A stretch of 32,143 bases of DNA from Deltaproteobacteria bacterium RBG_16_54_18 (GTDB lineage Bacteria > Desulfobacterota > B13-G15 > RBG-16-54-18), in NCBI GenBank assembly GCA_001797935.1, contig MGQT01000058.1, forward strand, positions 1 through 32,143. Reading direction: 5' to 3'. Each line of letters starts with the position of its first letter. Position 1 is the stretch's first letter. The position numbers and the translations under genes are program-made. This document shows, one piece after another, positions 29,776 through 32,143 of the stretch. Below the pieces are notes generated by a model. That model saw only the letters and a list, made by a program, of their open reading frames with translations. It was not told where the DNA came from and did not search any database.

Positions 29776-29837
29776 AAATATTCTTTCCACCTGATAGGGT
29801 AGGAGGGGAAATTTTAAAAAAAAGGAGGTAGAACTCG

Positions 29838-30068
29838 ATGTCTGTTGATGCAAAGGTAAAGGAATTGATTGTGCAGCAGCTCGGGGTGAGTGAGAGCGAG
29901 GTGGTTCCCGAGGCCAAATTCATTGATGATTTAGGCGCTGATTCTCTGGACCTCGTCGAATTGGTGATGGCGTTGGAGGATGAGTACGGGATAGAGATAC
30001 CCGATGAAGATGCCGAGAAGATCGTAACGGTCGGCGATGCCCTAAAGTATATCCAGGAACGTATTTAA
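29838..30068 (+). CDS. acpP: Acyl carrier protein
   Basis: 76 aa. [33 protein letters not shown] carries the DSL phosphopantetheine site. AAGGAGG RBS upstream. Confidence 0.97.
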   Translation: MSVDAKVKELIVQQLGVSESEVVPEAKFIDDLGADSLDLVELVMALEDEYGIEIPDEDAEKIVTVGDALKYIQERI

Positions 30069-30105
30069 GCGCTTATATCCCTTTTTAACATCTTCACAGC
30101 AAATA

Positions 30106-30134
30106 TTCCCCCCGTCAGATCGCGACGGGGGGAA
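30106..30134. other. GC-rich 11-bp stem / 7-nt loop hairpin in the acpP-fabF spacer
   Basis: TTCCCCCCGTC-agatcgc-GACGGGGGGAA. It is followed by AAAAATAT, so there is no U-tract on the + strand. Confidence 0.6.
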
Positions 30135-30158
30135 AAATATAACGATTGAGGTGCTAGC

Positions 30159-31400
30159 TTGAGCAGGAGGGTAGTCGTTACCGGAGTGGGCCTGGTGCTC
30201 CCTCAAGGGATCGGTATTGATCCCGTCTGGGCGCGGATATGCGAGGGAGTTTCGGGGGTCGGTCCCTTAACGCGGTTTGATACGACGGATTTCGAGACGA
30301 AGATCGCCGCCGAGGTAAAGGGCTTTCGGTCAGAGGATTATATCGAGCTGAAAGAAATGAAGAAGATGGATATCTTCATCCACTATGCCCTGGCAGCGGC
30401 GGAGATCGCCCTGGCCGACTCCGGACTCGCGGTCTCTAACAATAACGCCGAGCGTATCGGCGTTATCGTCGGCACGGGCCTGGGAGGATTATCGAGCATT
30501 GAAAAGTACCACACGGTCCTCTTAGAACGGGGGCCGCAGCGGGTTACCCCCTTCTTTATCCCCATGCTGATCGCCAACGAGGCCTCAGGGCACATTGCCA
30601 TGCGTTTCGGCGCCAAGGGGCCCAATCTTTGTGTCGTGACGGCCTGCGCCACCGGCGCCCATTCCATCGGTGATGCCTTCCGGTGTATCCAGTATGGCGA
30701 CGCCGATGCCATCATTGCCGGCGGGGTGGAGGCCACGATCACGCCGCTCGCCGTCGCGGGTTTTAACTCCATGAAGGCCCTCTCGACGAGGAACGCGGAG
30801 CCCGAGCGGGCCAGCCGCCCCTTTGAGCGGGACCGGGACGGTTTCGTGATGGGTGAGGGTGCCGCCGTCACTATCTTGGAGGAACTGGAACATGCCCGTG
30901 CCCGGGGGGCCAAGATCTACGCGGAACTCGTCGGGTATGGCTATACAAGCGATGCCTATCACCTGGCGGCCCCTGATCCCAAAGGGGATGGGGCTGCCCG
31001 CTGTATGCAGATGGCCCTGCGGGATGCAAAACTCTCCCCCGACGCGGTCGACTACATCAATGCCCACGGTACCTCCACGGAACTCAACGATATGGTAGAG
31101 ACGATCGCCATTAAACGTGTCTTCGGAGGGCATGCCGCAAAGCTCGCCGTCAGTTCCACTAAGTCCATGACCGGCCACCTTCTGGGGGCCGCGGGGAGTA
31201 CGGAGGCCGTCTTCTCTTGTCTCGCGATCCGGGACCGGATCATACCCCCCACCATCAACTACGAGAACCCCGATCCGCAGTGTGACCTGGACTATGTCCC
31301 GAACACGGCGCGGGAGCAAGCGGTGAAGATTGTGATTTCCAATTCCTTCGGCTTCGGCGGGACCAACGCGACCTTGGCATTTAAAAAATACGAGGGGTGA
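30159..31400 (+). CDS. fabF: 3-oxoacyl-ACP synthase II
   Basis: 413 aa. RVVVTGVG...ACATGAHSIGDA (active Cys)...NAHGTSTELND...KSMTGHLLGAAG...NSFGFGGTN. TTG start. Confidence 0.95.
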   Translation: MSRRVVVTGVGLVLPQGIGIDPVWARICEGVSGVGPLTRFDTTDFETKIAAEVKGFRSEDYIELKEMKKMDIFIHYALAAAEIALADSGLAVSNNNAERIGVIVGTGLGGLSSIEKYHTVLLERGPQRVTPFFIPMLIANEASGHIAMRFGAKGPNLCVVTACATGAHSIGDAFRCIQYGDADAIIAGGVEATITPLAVAGFNSMKALSTRNAEPERASRPFERDRDGFVMGEGAAVTILEELEHARARGAKIYAELVGYGYTSDAYHLAAPDPKGDGAARCMQMALRDAKLSPDAVDYINAHGTSTELNDMVETIAIKRVFGGHAAKLAVSSTKSMTGHLLGAAGSTEAVFSCLAIRDRIIPPTINYENPDPQCDLDYVPNTAREQAVKIVISNSFGFGGTNATLAFKKYEG

Positions 31401-31401
31401 G

Positions 31402-31854
31402 ATGCTGACAGCCATGGCGAGCGACCACGGGGGGTTCCGTCTCAAGGAGGAACTCGTTGTCTTCGTGCGGGGGCTCGGTCACGAGGTCCAAGACCTCGGC
31501 TGCCTTGACGAAGGGTCGGTGGATTACCCGGGCCTCGGCCAGGCAGTGGCGGAAAAGGTCTCGACCGGGCAGGTGGAGGGTGGTATCCTCATTTGCGGCA
31601 CCGGCATCGGCATGAGCATCGTCGCCAATAAATTCCCCGGGGTCAGGGCGGCCCTGGTCAACCACGTCTATACGGCCCGGTTGGCCAAGGAGCACAACAA
31701 TGCCAATGTCCTGGTGATGGGGGGGAGGGTCGTCGGACCGGGGCTTGCCTGCGAGATGGTCCGGGCGTGGCTCACGGCCGAGTTCCAAGGGGGGAGACAC
31801 CTCAGGAGGCTGCAGCAGATCGAGGCCATAGAGAGGAGGAACTTTAAAGGTTGA
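31402..31854 (+). CDS. rpiB: Ribose-5-phosphate isomerase B
   Basis: 150 aa. [12 protein letters not shown]...DYP...[23 protein letters not shown]...[13 protein letters not shown]. Confidence 0.92.
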   Translation: MLTAMASDHGGFRLKEELVVFVRGLGHEVQDLGCLDEGSVDYPGLGQAVAEKVSTGQVEGGILICGTGIGMSIVANKFPGVRAALVNHVYTARLAKEHNNANVLVMGGRVVGPGLACEMVRAWLTAEFQGGRHLRRLQQIEAIERRNFKG

Positions 31855-32143
31855 ACAATCTTAAATCGAGTCTCCCCCAGGTTGATAAGGAGATGGCGGA
31901 TGCCATCGAGCAGGAGACGCGTCGTCAGGAGCACAAGATTGAAATGATCGCCGCGGAGAATTATACGAGCGAGGCGGTTATGGAGGCCCAGGGGGGGGTA
32001 CTCACCAATAAGTATGCCGAGGGATATCCCGGCAGACGGTACTACGGCGGGTGCGAGTATATGGATGTCGTGGAGCGGCTTGCCATCGAGCGGGCAAAGG
32101 AGCTCTTCGGCGCCGACCATGCCAATGTCCAACCCCATTCCGG
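31851..32143 (+). CDS. glyA: Serine hydroxymethyltransferase, 3'-truncated by the window edge
   Basis: My own translation from TTG 31851 is [107 protein letters not shown] lies upstream, and the start overlaps the rpiB TGA. It is absent from the ORF track because it runs off the window. Confidence 0.93.
   Translation, partial: MNNLKSSLPQVDKEMADAIEQETRRQEHKIEMIAAENYTSEAVMEAQGGVLTNKYAEGYPGRRYYGGCEYMDVVERLAIERAKELFGADHANVQPHS

Overview
This window is a housekeeping chromosomal segment at roughly 55% GC (eyeball estimate). I count 26 protein genes, almost all recognisable from their translations. I see no rRNA, intact tRNA, CRISPR array, transposase/integrase or recognisable defence system.

Gene order:
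- guaB (5' partial), then two uncharacterised membrane proteins, then guaA, dnaE, accA and mutL on the + strand.
- A type IV pilus motor and regulation cluster on the - strand, transcribed pilB, pilT, pilC, pilS, pilR.
- dapL (+).
- A small DUF4911-like gene, leuC, leuA and a DEAD-box helicase on the - strand.
- yceD, rpmF, plsX, an acyl-CoA dehydrogenase, fabD, acpP, fabF, rpiB and glyA (3' partial) on the + strand.

As far as I recall, the pilBTCSR and rpmF...fabF-rpiB-glyA synteny resembles Geobacter-type Deltaproteobacteria. Taxonomy cannot be settled from this window.

Observations worth a second look (none of them is a demonstrated new system):
1. A translationally coupled gene pair sits between guaB and guaA. 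It encodes a TPR/zinc-ribbon polytopic membrane protein and a membrane-anchored DUF4388/PATAN protein with a pseudopilin-like tail.
2. The conserved fab operon has an ACAD-family flavoprotein in the usual fabH slot and no fabG between fabD and acpP.
3. A near-consensus sigma-54 promoter lies upstream of pilB. It is followed by a T9 tract and a tandem 11-bp repeat, and the cluster has no pilin gene.
4. leuA-leuC has no leuD or leuB. It ends in a 330-bp AT-rich spacer holding a tRNA T-arm-like fragment, a perfect 14-bp palindrome and a hairpin.
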